A stretch of 49,625 nucleotides of DNA. It comes from an uncultured bacterium. Its GTDB lineage: Bacteria; Krumholzibacteriota; Krumholzibacteriia; LZORAL124-64-63. The notes beneath the pieces were generated by a model. The model was given only the letters and a program-made list of their open reading frames with translations. It was not told where the DNA came from and did no database searches. How positions within the stretch are numbered: position 1 is the first letter of the stretch; each line of letters starts with the position of its first letter. The stretch lies in contig CBDUYZ010000001.1 in assembly GCA_965371575.1 (NCBI GenBank), positions 1-49,625 on the forward strand, read 5' to 3'. The position numbers and the translations under genes were made by a program. This document shows positions 1 to 8,451 of this stretch, one piece after another.

Positions 1-2
1 GA

Positions 3-1121
3 ATCCTCGAGGGACCGCAGGGAGCGGAAATCAAGGTGGGCGGAAAGACCGTCCTGAATTTCTGCGCCAACAACTACCTGGGCCTGGCCGCGGATCAGCG
101 GGTCGTGGAGGCGGCCCGCCGCACCCTGACCCAGTGGGGTTACGGCCTCAGTTCGGTGCGGTTCATCTGCGGAACGACAACCCTGCACAAGCAACTGGAG
201 CGTGAACTGAGCGATTTCCTCGGCACCGAGGACACCATCCTCTACGCAGCCTGTTTCGACGCCAACGGCGGGGTGTTCGAACCCCTGCTGGACAAGGACA
301 GCGCCATCATCACGGACCAGCTCAACCACGCCTCGATCATCGACGGCGTGCGGTTGGCCAAGGCCCGGCGGTTCATCTATAACCACGCGGACATGGACGA
401 CCTCGAGACCCAGCTGAAGGATGCCCAGGGCGCCGAATTCCGCCTGGTCGTCACCGACGGAGTTTTCTCCATGGACGGCCATCTGGCGCCGCTGCCGGAA
501 ATCTGCGACTTGGCCGAGAAGTACGAGGCCATGGTCCTGGTCGACGACAGCCACGCCACGGGCTTCACCGGTCCTACCGGCCGGGGTACGCACGAGAAGT
601 TCGGCGTTATGGATCGGGTGGACATGATCACCACCACCCTCGGCAAGGCCCTGGGCGGCGCGCTGGGTGGCTGCACGAGCGGCCGCCGGGAGATCATCCA
701 ATGGCTGCGGCAGAAGAGTCGGCCCTACCTGTTCAGCAACTCGCTGCCCATGATGATCTGCGGGGCGACTCTCGAGGTATTGAAGATCCTGCGCGAGGAT
801 CCCGGCCCGTTGAAGACCCTGGCCAGAAATCAGCTGCGGTTGCGGGGCGGACTGCGCGATCTCGGCTTCGACGTGGATGAAGGCGATCACCCCATCATCC
901 CGGTGCATTTCCGCAACCATGACAATGACGCCATCGTGGCCCAGGGCATGGCGGCCGATCTGCTGGACGAAGGCATCTACTGCATCGGGTTCAGCTTTCC
1001 GGTCGTGCCGCGGGGACAGGCGCGGATCCGCCTGCAGACCTCGGCGGCCCACAGCGACGCCCACGTGGACAGGTGTCTGGAAGCCTTCGCGACGGTGGGC
1101 CGGAAGCACGGCGCCATCTGA
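3..1121 (+). CDS. kbl: glycine C-acetyltransferase / 2-amino-3-ketobutyrate CoA ligase (5' partial; frame open to window edge)
   Basis: The reading frame has no stop from nt 3. Motifs [37 protein letters not shown] and TTLGKALGG fit class-II PLP aminotransferases of the Kbl/BioF family. The [10 protein letters not shown] block is Kbl-like. Confidence 0.8.
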   Translation: MLEGPQGAEIKVGGKTVLNFCANNYLGLAADQRVVEAARRTLTQWGYGLSSVRFICGTTTLHKQLERELSDFLGTEDTILYAACFDANGGVFEPLLDKDSAIITDQLNHASIIDGVRLAKARRFIYNHADMDDLETQLKDAQGAEFRLVVTDGVFSMDGHLAPLPEICDLAEKYEAMVLVDDSHATGFTGPTGRGTHEKFGVMDRVDMITTTLGKALGGALGGCTSGRREIIQWLRQKSRPYLFSNSLPMMICGATLEVLKILREDPGPLKTLARNQLRLRGGLRDLGFDVDEGDHPIIPVHFRNHDNDAIVAQGMAADLLDEGIYCIGFSFPVVPRGQARIRLQTSAAHSDAHVDRCLEAFATVGRKHGAI

Positions 1122-1286
1122 TTTGTCTGTGGCAGATATCTTGTCGAAATGGTGCCGGCCGTTTTCAAGCATGGCCGGGGCGTCGGGGTCGGGTTGTCCA
1201 CCTCAGCGGCGTTGATCATCCGGCACCGTGTGGGCCAAGATCTTCCGAGAATGATCCGGGTTATCAATGTTGAGATTACAAATCCC

Positions 1287-1316
1287 ACCTTCCGGGAGGG
1301 TAATCTCTTTTTTTTT
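1287..1316 (+). terminator. weak candidate intrinsic terminator after kbl
   Basis: Short stem ACCTTC/GAGGGT (one G.U) with a 3-nt loop. A T9 run at 1308-1316 follows after a 6-nt gap. It lies about 165 nt downstream of the kbl stop. Confidence 0.3.
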
Positions 1317-1686
1317 AACAGTTTTTTTAAAAATATATATTTCTGTCCGATTTTACGAGAAAGGACAGTATTTTGATGGGATTATAATTGTGTAGAAACA
1401 AACAACATCAGAAATTTTTTTTCCACTCATAGGTAACTGATTGAATAACCGTGAATTGTCATGTTTTTGTCATGTGCCCCGTGACCACACTGTCTGGCCA
1501 GGGAGGAGGCGCGGCAGGACAGTCTTTTAATCCAAGGGAGTTATACGGGGAGGTGCTGGAAAAATATTTCGTTGATCCAAGACGAACTGGACCGATAGGA
1601 TTACCATGACAATTAAATAACCGCATCGAATAATGAAATAACAATGGGCGCGACCAGTGGCGCCTGATCGAAGGGTTGCTGAAGCG

Positions 1687-2682
1687 ATGAATCCCCACCG
1701 TACCTTCAGCCGGATATTGATGGTTCCGTTGGCACTAGCCTTGCTACTGGCTTTGCTGCTGTCGGCCGCCGCTGCGGGTGAGGCTCCGATCCGCATCCCG
1801 TTTACGGTGTACGGCATCGACGCTGCCCGACCGTTCAAGGCGCCGCGGGGGCTGTTTTGCGACCACGGCCAGGACGAGATCCTGGTCGCTGATCCCGGCA
1901 GCAGCCGGGTGATTATTTTCGACGGCGAGGGGTGGCCCAAGTACGAATTCATCCATTGGATCGAGCGCGACGGCGAACGTCTGCAGGGTGAGCCATGCGC
2001 CGTGGCGGTGACTCCTGCCGGCAACATTTTCTTGGTTGATGTGCTGAGTCCGGATCTTTCCATCCTGGATTTCCGTGGACAGCCTCTCAACCGCCTGACT
2101 CCGGACGAACTGCTTCCCGGGGAGGATGAGGTGACACTGTCTGCCTGCCTGGCGGCGGGACCGGAAGGCCACATTTACGCAGTCGGCCATTCATCCGGGG
2201 GCCACAGCCTCATCGAGATGATGCCCAGCGGCGAAGTTGTGGCCAGGGTTCCTCTCGGGCAGACCGACGATCTGGTGCAGGTCACGGGTCTTGCCGTCGA
2301 TGCGCAACGGATCTACGTGTCCGACCTGTCCGCCGCGGCCTGTGTGCAGGTATTCGATCGCCAGGGCCGGCGGGAATTGGCCTTCGGCATCCACGACGCC
2401 GGGTGGGGCAACTTCTCCCTGCCGGCGTCCATCGCCGTGACTTCGGAGGGGCATATGTGGGTGGTCGACCAGATTCGACAAATCGTCAATCATTTCGACG
2501 CCGAGGGTCACTTCCTCGGCTTCATAGGTGGCAGCGGGTTCGGCCCCGGCTCCATGAAATATCCCTGCGCCGTCGCAACTGACCGGACGGATCGGGTCAT
2601 GGTGCTGGAAAAGGTCGGACGGCGGCTCCAGGCTTTTGTCCTGCCGGAAGGGGGTGGTCCGGCCGGGAAAGCCGGTGCCTGA
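1687..2682 (+). CDS. secreted NHL-repeat beta-propeller protein
   Basis: ATG 1687 gives a signal peptide MNPHRTFSRILMVPLALALLLALLLSAAAAGEA. The body has repeated ~45-aa blades of the type P.G...D.....V.D....RV..FD..G, e.g. GLAVDAQRIYVSDLSAAACVQVFDRQG and SIAVTSEGHMWVVDQIRQIVNHFDAEG. The alternative GTG start at 1657 is less likely. Confidence 0.7.
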   Translation: MNPHRTFSRILMVPLALALLLALLLSAAAAGEAPIRIPFTVYGIDAARPFKAPRGLFCDHGQDEILVADPGSSRVIIFDGEGWPKYEFIHWIERDGERLQGEPCAVAVTPAGNIFLVDVLSPDLSILDFRGQPLNRLTPDELLPGEDEVTLSACLAAGPEGHIYAVGHSSGGHSLIEMMPSGEVVARVPLGQTDDLVQVTGLAVDAQRIYVSDLSAAACVQVFDRQGRRELAFGIHDAGWGNFSLPASIAVTSEGHMWVVDQIRQIVNHFDAEGHFLGFIGGSGFGPGSMKYPCAVATDRTDRVMVLEKVGRRLQAFVLPEGGGPAGKAGA

Positions 2683-2736
2683 TAGATTTGAACCAAGCGT
2701 TAGTCGTATACCAGCAACCCATGCGGAGGTTATTCA

Positions 2737-3720
2737 GTGAAAAAGCTACTCATCCTTACAGTCCTGGTACTTGTGATCGCTTTTGCCGGCGTGGCCATTG
2801 CCGGCGACTTTCACTCCGGATCATCCCTGATCTGCTCGCAGTGCCACATAATGCACGCCAGCCAATCCCACAGCTACGTGGCCAATCAAGCTTTTACACC
2901 AGCTGTTCTTACTCCCCACGTGCGCCTGCTGAAGGAAACAGCCAACGATCTCTGTCTGTCCTGCCACGATGGCAGCCCCTCAATCACCGATGTCTTCGAA
3001 ATTCCTTCCGACGGCGTCGTGCGTGCTGCCGGCGGGTTGAACAACGCGGGCACCGTGGCTGGATTGTACCACCAGGACAATGGTCATTCCCTGGGTTCGA
3101 TCGACCAGGCGCCGGGCGGTACCTTCGAAAACACGGCGGGCCTGAATTGCACAGACTGCCATAATGCGCACGGCTACGCGGACGGCGTCGGTAACCCGTG
3201 GCGTAATCTCGTCGCGGTCGATGTCTCCAGCAATTTGTTTTACATGACCTACAACACCGGCGCCGTCGACCCTGCCTTCGACGTCACCCAGGCGGTCGTC
3301 CGCGACTACGTGTGGAGCAACTTGACGTTCAACAAGACCACCGCCTCTCCTTTGACGTCCGCCTATGCCGATTATTGCAAAGCCTGCCACACCGATTTCC
3401 ATGGTGCAGTCGGCTCGGCCGAGATCGGTGGTACTGTGGCCGCAGGTGACTTCATTCGCCACCCGGCGGCTGAGGTTCTCATCGGCGCCATTGGCGGTGG
3501 ACATTCGAATGCAGGGGTCTACGGCAGCCACGCCAACCAAGTGCTGGTCCAGATCGACGGTACGGATCTGACGCCGTCCTGCTTCAGCTGCCACAAGGGC
3601 CACGGCAACCAGAACCCCTTCGGTCTCATCTTCATGGAAGGTGGCGGGGCGGCGGTTGACGAAGAGGGCGATGGCGGCGCCGGGGTCCAGGACCTCTGCG
3701 GCCAGTGCCACGTGCAGTAA
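2737..3720 (+). CDS. secreted hexahaem c-type cytochrome
   Basis: GTG start preceded by GGAGG, and signal peptide MKKLLILTVLVLVIAFAGVAIAG. There are six CXXCH motifs: CSQCH, CLSCH, CTDCH, CKACH, CFSCH and CGQCH. The last sits at the extreme C-terminus. Confidence 0.9.
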   Translation: MKKLLILTVLVLVIAFAGVAIAGDFHSGSSLICSQCHIMHASQSHSYVANQAFTPAVLTPHVRLLKETANDLCLSCHDGSPSITDVFEIPSDGVVRAAGGLNNAGTVAGLYHQDNGHSLGSIDQAPGGTFENTAGLNCTDCHNAHGYADGVGNPWRNLVAVDVSSNLFYMTYNTGAVDPAFDVTQAVVRDYVWSNLTFNKTTASPLTSAYADYCKACHTDFHGAVGSAEIGGTVAAGDFIRHPAAEVLIGAIGGGHSNAGVYGSHANQVLVQIDGTDLTPSCFSCHKGHGNQNPFGLIFMEGGGAAVDEEGDGGAGVQDLCGQCHVQ

Positions 3721-3758
3721 TTATTTGGCGATAACGCTTTTCAGCAGTTGCGCTTGAA

Positions 3759-3782
3759 TGGGATGGGGGTGTTCCCCCATCC
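3759..3782 (+). terminator. GC-rich hairpin between the two small cytochrome genes (attenuator or weak terminator)
   Basis: Perfect 10-bp stem GGGATGGGGG / CCCCCATCCC with loop TGTT, followed by TGATTCTT, which is only a weak U-tract. Confidence 0.4.
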
Positions 3783-3933
3783 CTGATTCTTGGCGGGTCA
3801 GGCCCAAAGCTAGGCGATCGCCATCCTTATTGTTTGGTATTTAACAATCCTCCGGGACTGTGATAAAGTCATGATGCATATCGCGCCCCCTGCGTACAGG
3901 GCATCGACAAAAATTTGTTTCCGGAGAAAGATC

Positions 3934-5094
3934 ATGCTCATTCGCTTACGACTGTTTCGGGCAGGATTCATCACAGGCCTGCTCCTGGTCGCGGTAACGC
4001 CGGACCGGATTCCCGCCCAGATCCCCGGTACACATGACGATCCGCAGTATGGAGTCAATAGGGTGGTTACGGTCCCGTCCACACGCGGCTCCTGCGTGCA
4101 ATGTCACGATACGCATGCCATGGAGAGCGGTGCGGTGACCGGCGTGGAACCGGTCCTGTTCCGCGCCAACGAAAATGGCCTCTGCTTCGATACCTCGGGT
4201 GTTGGGGGATGTCACAACGAACCGGCTGTCAACTACCCGTTGCTCGATACGGAGTTCATGCCGGAATTCTCGCCATATCCCGGTTACCCCGAGGCCAACG
4301 CCGGCGGTGATTATACCTACGGCGTGGAAATGCGTGGACGTTGGCCGGGTTCCAGTGTCTACGAGAACAGTGGTCAGTACCTGGGCCGCGATTTCTCACC
4401 CCACTACATCGACAGCGATATGCCCCAGCAGGACAGCCAGGGCGCGGGTATGTGCCTGAACTGCCATTCTCCCCACGACACGGACAACCCGTTCGACCAG
4501 CTGACCGCAATGTACACAAACATCGGCGGACACGCCGATTTCGGCACTCCGCCGAACCAGCAGCTGTGTTTCGATTGCCACGGGCCCGACGGGCCTGCCG
4601 GCATGAACGGTTCCGGCAGGCTGATCGCCGACTATTTCGACGAGAGCGTGAATCCCGGGACGGCCGGTCACCAGATCCGGCGCAATTCCGAGATCGCCCT
4701 TTCCTGGCCGGCCTCGGTCCAGGTCGGGGACAAGCTGCCCTGCTACCTTTGTCACAATCCCCACGGCTCCCGGGGAGCCAGCGGTGCTTCTCCCAATACC
4801 TTCGTGCTCAACGACGCCCGCCCGGGTTGGGACGGCATATTGGACCCCACGGGAAGTGCCCTCGATTCCCGGGCCGTGTGTTTCGGGTGTCACATTCCGT
4901 CCGACGGTGTGCCGGGCTCGCGCGTAGTGATGGGGATCGTCATGAACACCATCCCCAGCAAGGGTGCCCATAAAACGTCCGCCGCCCAGAATTGTGCCAA
5001 AACTCACGGTGACTTATACGACACGCCTACGAGCATCAACATCCACAACATTACCACCAAATCCGCTTTGAGCCCGGAAGAATTCTGGAAATGA
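3934..5094 (+). CDS. secreted pentahaem c-type cytochrome (plus one non-canonical CX8CH candidate site)
   Basis: ATG 3934 is preceded by GGAGAAAG, and the hydrophobic leader is MLIRLRLFRAGFITGLLLVAV. CXXCH motifs: CVQCH, CLNCH, CFDCH, CYLCH, CFGCH. The extra site is CFDTSGVGGCH. The stop overlaps the next start (ATGA at 5091-5094). Confidence 0.85.
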   Translation: MLIRLRLFRAGFITGLLLVAVTPDRIPAQIPGTHDDPQYGVNRVVTVPSTRGSCVQCHDTHAMESGAVTGVEPVLFRANENGLCFDTSGVGGCHNEPAVNYPLLDTEFMPEFSPYPGYPEANAGGDYTYGVEMRGRWPGSSVYENSGQYLGRDFSPHYIDSDMPQQDSQGAGMCLNCHSPHDTDNPFDQLTAMYTNIGGHADFGTPPNQQLCFDCHGPDGPAGMNGSGRLIADYFDESVNPGTAGHQIRRNSEIALSWPASVQVGDKLPCYLCHNPHGSRGASGASPNTFVLNDARPGWDGILDPTGSALDSRAVCFGCHIPSDGVPGSRVVMGIVMNTIPSKGAHKTSAAQNCAKTHGDLYDTPTSINIHNITTKSALSPEEFWK

Positions 5095-6752
5095 CCAGTG
5101 TTTGGCGCAACCGGTCGCTCGGGTCTTTCAATCTCCGCTTTTTCCCGCTTTCCCTTTTCCTGTGGTGTGTTTTGGCCGGGTTACCCCTTGCAGCCGAAGC
5201 GTCCCAGACTTCCGGGCGCATCCGTCTGAACTACCACGAGTCCACCATCAGGGGAGACGTATCCAGCCAACTTTTTCAGGAATACCGTGTCTCGAGCCAG
5301 GACCGCATCTTCGGTTCCAATATGCTTCGTCTCGATCTGCGCTGGGATCGCATCGTCGACTACGCCTATCCTCAGGCTGTCGATCGACCGGTCTTGCGCG
5401 CCACGCTGACCGGGCTGGCCTATGACTTCACCCTGCGTTACACTCCTTCCCAGTACGCTACGCCCGCGGGACGGGTGACGGGCTCCAAACTGGAGGGGCT
5501 ACAGGCCGCCTGGCGGTTCCAACATGATGGTTTGCCCGGCCTGAGACTGGAATATCGCGATGACAAGCGACACCAGGCCCAGTTCAATTTCAACACCTTT
5601 TCGTCGGTGGCCCGGATGCGGTTGGCCGAGTTGGATCATCGGGTGGGGATGCTTCGCTTCGGGGCTTCCTATCGCCAGAACGACAACACCAGCACAGCCG
5701 CCACCGCTGGTGACCGGACTGCCGGGACGACCACCCTGAGGGTAGTGGTGGACAAGGCCGTCACGCCCGCCTTGCGCGTCAGCCTCGGGGGTGACGTCCA
5801 GCGGACCGAGGTTTCGCAAGATCCATCCCCGGACACCGTCAGCCGCACCCGCAATCTGCGTGGCAGCGCGGTCATGAGATTGACCCCCCGGCTGCGGATC
5901 GGTGTTACCGGGTTTTTCCGGGAAATGCTCAACGAGGGTGGAGGTCGTCCGTCCCTGCTTGACGTGAATCGGACCTTCTCGACACGCGCCGTTTTCATAC
6001 CGACGGAGGAACTGGATCTGAGCCTTCAGCGTGAAATCAGGGATCTGAACCGGCCGGCGGGCTATTCCTACTACGACGTCCTGCGGATGCAGGCGATCTA
6101 TTCAGGACGGTTGCGCAGAGGATTGCGCGCCCGCCTGACCGGCATGAAATACGTGACTATCAAGACACAGAACGCAGGTACTCCCGCCGATGCCACCGAC
6201 CTCACCCTGCATTTCCAACTCTACCGTCGGACAACGGCCCGGGCTTCGCTGACGTACAACCGGCAACAGCACCGCGATAGTGAATTCCTGAGCCGTCACG
6301 CCGTGAACAAGGTCGCCGAGGTGAAGTCCCAGCTGACCCGGCGACTGCTGGTCAGGCTCGATTACCGGGGATCCCAGACCTCCAGAGCCTTCGAGTTCCT
6401 TGAGATTGACTCCCACAACTACTCCGCGAATCTCAACTACACCAATTCGGGGGGATTCTCTTTGTCCGGGAGCGTGCGAAAGTCGATATTGAAGGAAGAG
6501 GAAAACAGGAGCCAGACCTTCTTCGGCTTGAACATGGCCGGCCGTCTTACAGCGAAATTTACCTTCAATCTGGACGGCACCTGGACCCAACACACGGTTT
6601 CCGAACTGGGTGAGCGCGCCTCGGGCTACAATGCCCGGCTGTATTATCGTTTCAGCAACAGGACTTTCTTGACGGCAAACTACCAGACCTCCGAACGGGA
6701 TGGTGAGAGAGAAAGCGACTCCTTCGGAGCATCTTTTCAGACCGCATTCTGA
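5091..6752 (+). CDS. outer-membrane beta-barrel protein (porin-like partner of the cytochromes)
   Basis: Signal peptide ...FLWCVLAGLPLAAEASQ. The whole length shows alternating hydrophobic/polar beta-strand periodicity with Y/N/R-rich hairpins (YSANLNYTNSGG, LLVRLDYRGSQ, YNARLYYRFSNR). The C-terminus ...SFGASFQTAF ends in Phe, the usual OMP signature. There is no CXXCH. Confidence 0.7.
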   Translation: MTSVWRNRSLGSFNLRFFPLSLFLWCVLAGLPLAAEASQTSGRIRLNYHESTIRGDVSSQLFQEYRVSSQDRIFGSNMLRLDLRWDRIVDYAYPQAVDRPVLRATLTGLAYDFTLRYTPSQYATPAGRVTGSKLEGLQAAWRFQHDGLPGLRLEYRDDKRHQAQFNFNTFSSVARMRLAELDHRVGMLRFGASYRQNDNTSTAATAGDRTAGTTTLRVVVDKAVTPALRVSLGGDVQRTEVSQDPSPDTVSRTRNLRGSAVMRLTPRLRIGVTGFFREMLNEGGGRPSLLDVNRTFSTRAVFIPTEELDLSLQREIRDLNRPAGYSYYDVLRMQAIYSGRLRRGLRARLTGMKYVTIKTQNAGTPADATDLTLHFQLYRRTTARASLTYNRQQHRDSEFLSRHAVNKVAEVKSQLTRRLLVRLDYRGSQTSRAFEFLEIDSHNYSANLNYTNSGGFSLSGSVRKSILKEEENRSQTFFGLNMAGRLTAKFTFNLDGTWTQHTVSELGERASGYNARLYYRFSNRTFLTANYQTSERDGERESDSFGASFQTAF

Positions 6753-6786
6753 TGGATGCCGGGAGTCACAATATGAGGAAGGAAAT

Positions 6787-7365
6787 ATGGCCAAGTCATT
6801 GAAATCTGCACTAGTCCTCTGGACTGCGGCGCTCTGCACCGTTGCCGGTTGCAGTTCGCCTCCCGTTTTCATCGAACCGGCGGCGGACCTCGACTTCTAC
6901 GAGCGGGTTGCGGTCACACCCTTCTGGGCCTCCAGTGCTGATCGGTCCGCCAGCGACCAGGTCACTGACGCTTTCGTGACGGCCCTGATGATTTCCGAAA
7001 AATACGAGGTCGTCGAGCCCGGGCTCTTTCGGCACCTTTTGGCGGAAATTGCCGACCAAGCCAGTTCCACCCATCGCGGACTGACCCCCCAGCAGGTTCA
7101 GGAATTGGGTACGAAGGCCGAGGTGCAGGCTGTCTTCGAGGGTACGATCCTGACCTACGAGATGACCCGAATCGGCCAGAACCAGTACCCTCTCATCTCG
7201 GTGGAACTGAGAATGCTCGACGCCCAGACCGGTCGGCTGGTCTGGGCGATGACACTGACCCGCAAGGGGGGGCCCGGGTTCCCCTTCTTCGGCTTCGGCC
7301 AGACGCGCACACTGCCCGAACTGGCCGCCAAGGTCGTGGACGAGTTCGTCGCGGGGGTGCCCTGA
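6787..7365 (+). CDS. lipoprotein, non-haem (LpoB/PelC/TolB-N-like sequence pattern)
   Basis: ATG 6787 follows GAGGAAGGAAAT. Lipobox LCTVAG|C. The motif VAVTPFWASSADRSASDQVTDAFVTALMISEKYEVVEP resembles the VAVLPF.N.S pattern of small OM-associated lipoproteins. The fold assignment is inference. Confidence 0.65.
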   Translation: MAKSLKSALVLWTAALCTVAGCSSPPVFIEPAADLDFYERVAVTPFWASSADRSASDQVTDAFVTALMISEKYEVVEPGLFRHLLAEIADQASSTHRGLTPQQVQELGTKAEVQAVFEGTILTYEMTRIGQNQYPLISVELRMLDAQTGRLVWAMTLTRKGGPGFPFFGFGQTRTLPELAAKVVDEFVAGVP

Positions 7366-7366
7366 C

Positions 7367-7960
7367 ATGGCGGCCCGAAGGCGTCCATTCATGAGCTGGC
7401 CATTGCCGGTCCTGTTGCCGCTGTTTGGCGCGCTGGTCCTGCTGGCGGGCTGCGGGGCGGGTGTTCGTCACCACGCGGTACATGATTTCCCGGGCGACCG
7501 GCCTTATCGCTTGGCGCTGTTGCCCCTGACCAACCTGACTACTGATCCAAGCGCCGCCGACGTGCTCAGTTCCGCTCTGGCGGTCGAGTTGCTGGGCGTA
7601 CCGGAGTTCGCCGTCGTGGACGTGGTCGCGGTCAACTCGGTCCTCAGCCGCCATCGGATCCGCTATGCGGACCGGATGAACACGGAGCAGTTCATGGTCC
7701 TGGGCCGGGAACTGGCTGTCGACGGTGTTCTGGTCGGCGCCGTCTATGCGTTTGAATACCGCCAGGAGCAGGAAGGCCCTGTTCCCCTGGTCTCCATGCA
7801 CGCGCGGATCATAGACGTGGCCGATGGCCGTATCCTCTGGGTGGCGGAGCAGACCCGCACCGGTACGGATGGTGAATTCATCTTGGGCATCGGTTTTGAA
7901 AAATCCCTTACGAGGCTTGCTTCCCGCGTGGCCGGCGAGATCGTGGAGACCTTGCGCTGA
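7367..7960 (+). CDS. lipoprotein, paralogue of the preceding gene
   Basis: Lipobox VLLAG|C. LALLPLTNLTTDPSAADVLSSALAVELLGVPEFAVVD parallels the motif of the 6787 gene. The start lies 1 nt after the previous stop. The alternative ATG at 7391 is also compatible with the signal peptide. Confidence 0.65.
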   Translation: MAARRRPFMSWPLPVLLPLFGALVLLAGCGAGVRHHAVHDFPGDRPYRLALLPLTNLTTDPSAADVLSSALAVELLGVPEFAVVDVVAVNSVLSRHRIRYADRMNTEQFMVLGRELAVDGVLVGAVYAFEYRQEQEGPVPLVSMHARIIDVADGRILWVAEQTRTGTDGEFILGIGFEKSLTRLASRVAGEIVETLR

Positions 7961-7974
7961 AAGGTGATATTCTG

Positions 7975-8451
7975 ATGAAGGTCAAATCCTGGTTGTGGGT
8001 CCTTTTCCTGCTGACTGTGCCTGTCCCGGGTCTAGCCGAAACCGTGAAGGCTCCGGCAGTGGAATCCCCGCACGAGCCGACGACCATTACCGTGATCGTC
8101 AGGCATCGGGTGGCGGCGTCCTTTGCGGACACTCTGGAAGTCGTCTGGGGGACCGGTGAACAGTACTGGATCGGTGATACCGAATTCAGTCTGGAAATTT
8201 CACGGTTCGTTGCCGATTTCGGCATCAGCCAGACCGGAGAAGTCATCGAGCGCAGTTCTGAAGCCCACAATCCGGCCTGCGAGGTCGTGATCTACAACGA
8301 GGGCATCGAGGAGGATCGGGTCTGGGCGTTCTTCGGCACAGGGTCTCCGCATTTCCGGCGCGAGTCCATGCTGGCCGTGGACATGATCTCCTTCCCCTGG
8401 CGTGGTTCCGTGCTGACCGAGCCGATTCCCCGGAAGGATGAAGTGAAATGA
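7975..8451 (+). CDS. small secreted hypothetical protein
   Basis: Signal peptide MKVKSWLWVLFLLTVPVPGLA|ETV. No haem motif. The stop overlaps the start of the 42-haem gene (ATGA at 8448-8451). Confidence 0.55.
   Translation: MKVKSWLWVLFLLTVPVPGLAETVKAPAVESPHEPTTITVIVRHRVAASFADTLEVVWGTGEQYWIGDTEFSLEISRFVADFGISQTGEVIERSSEAHNPACEVVIYNEGIEEDRVWAFFGTGSPHFRRESMLAVDMISFPWRGSVLTEPIPRKDEVK

Noticed and set aside
1149-1376. 75-aa ORF in the kbl-NHL intergenic region.
   Set aside because: It runs into the AT-rich tract, giving a Phe/Asn/Lys-rich tail. It has no RBS and no motifs. The region is better explained as terminator plus promoter DNA.
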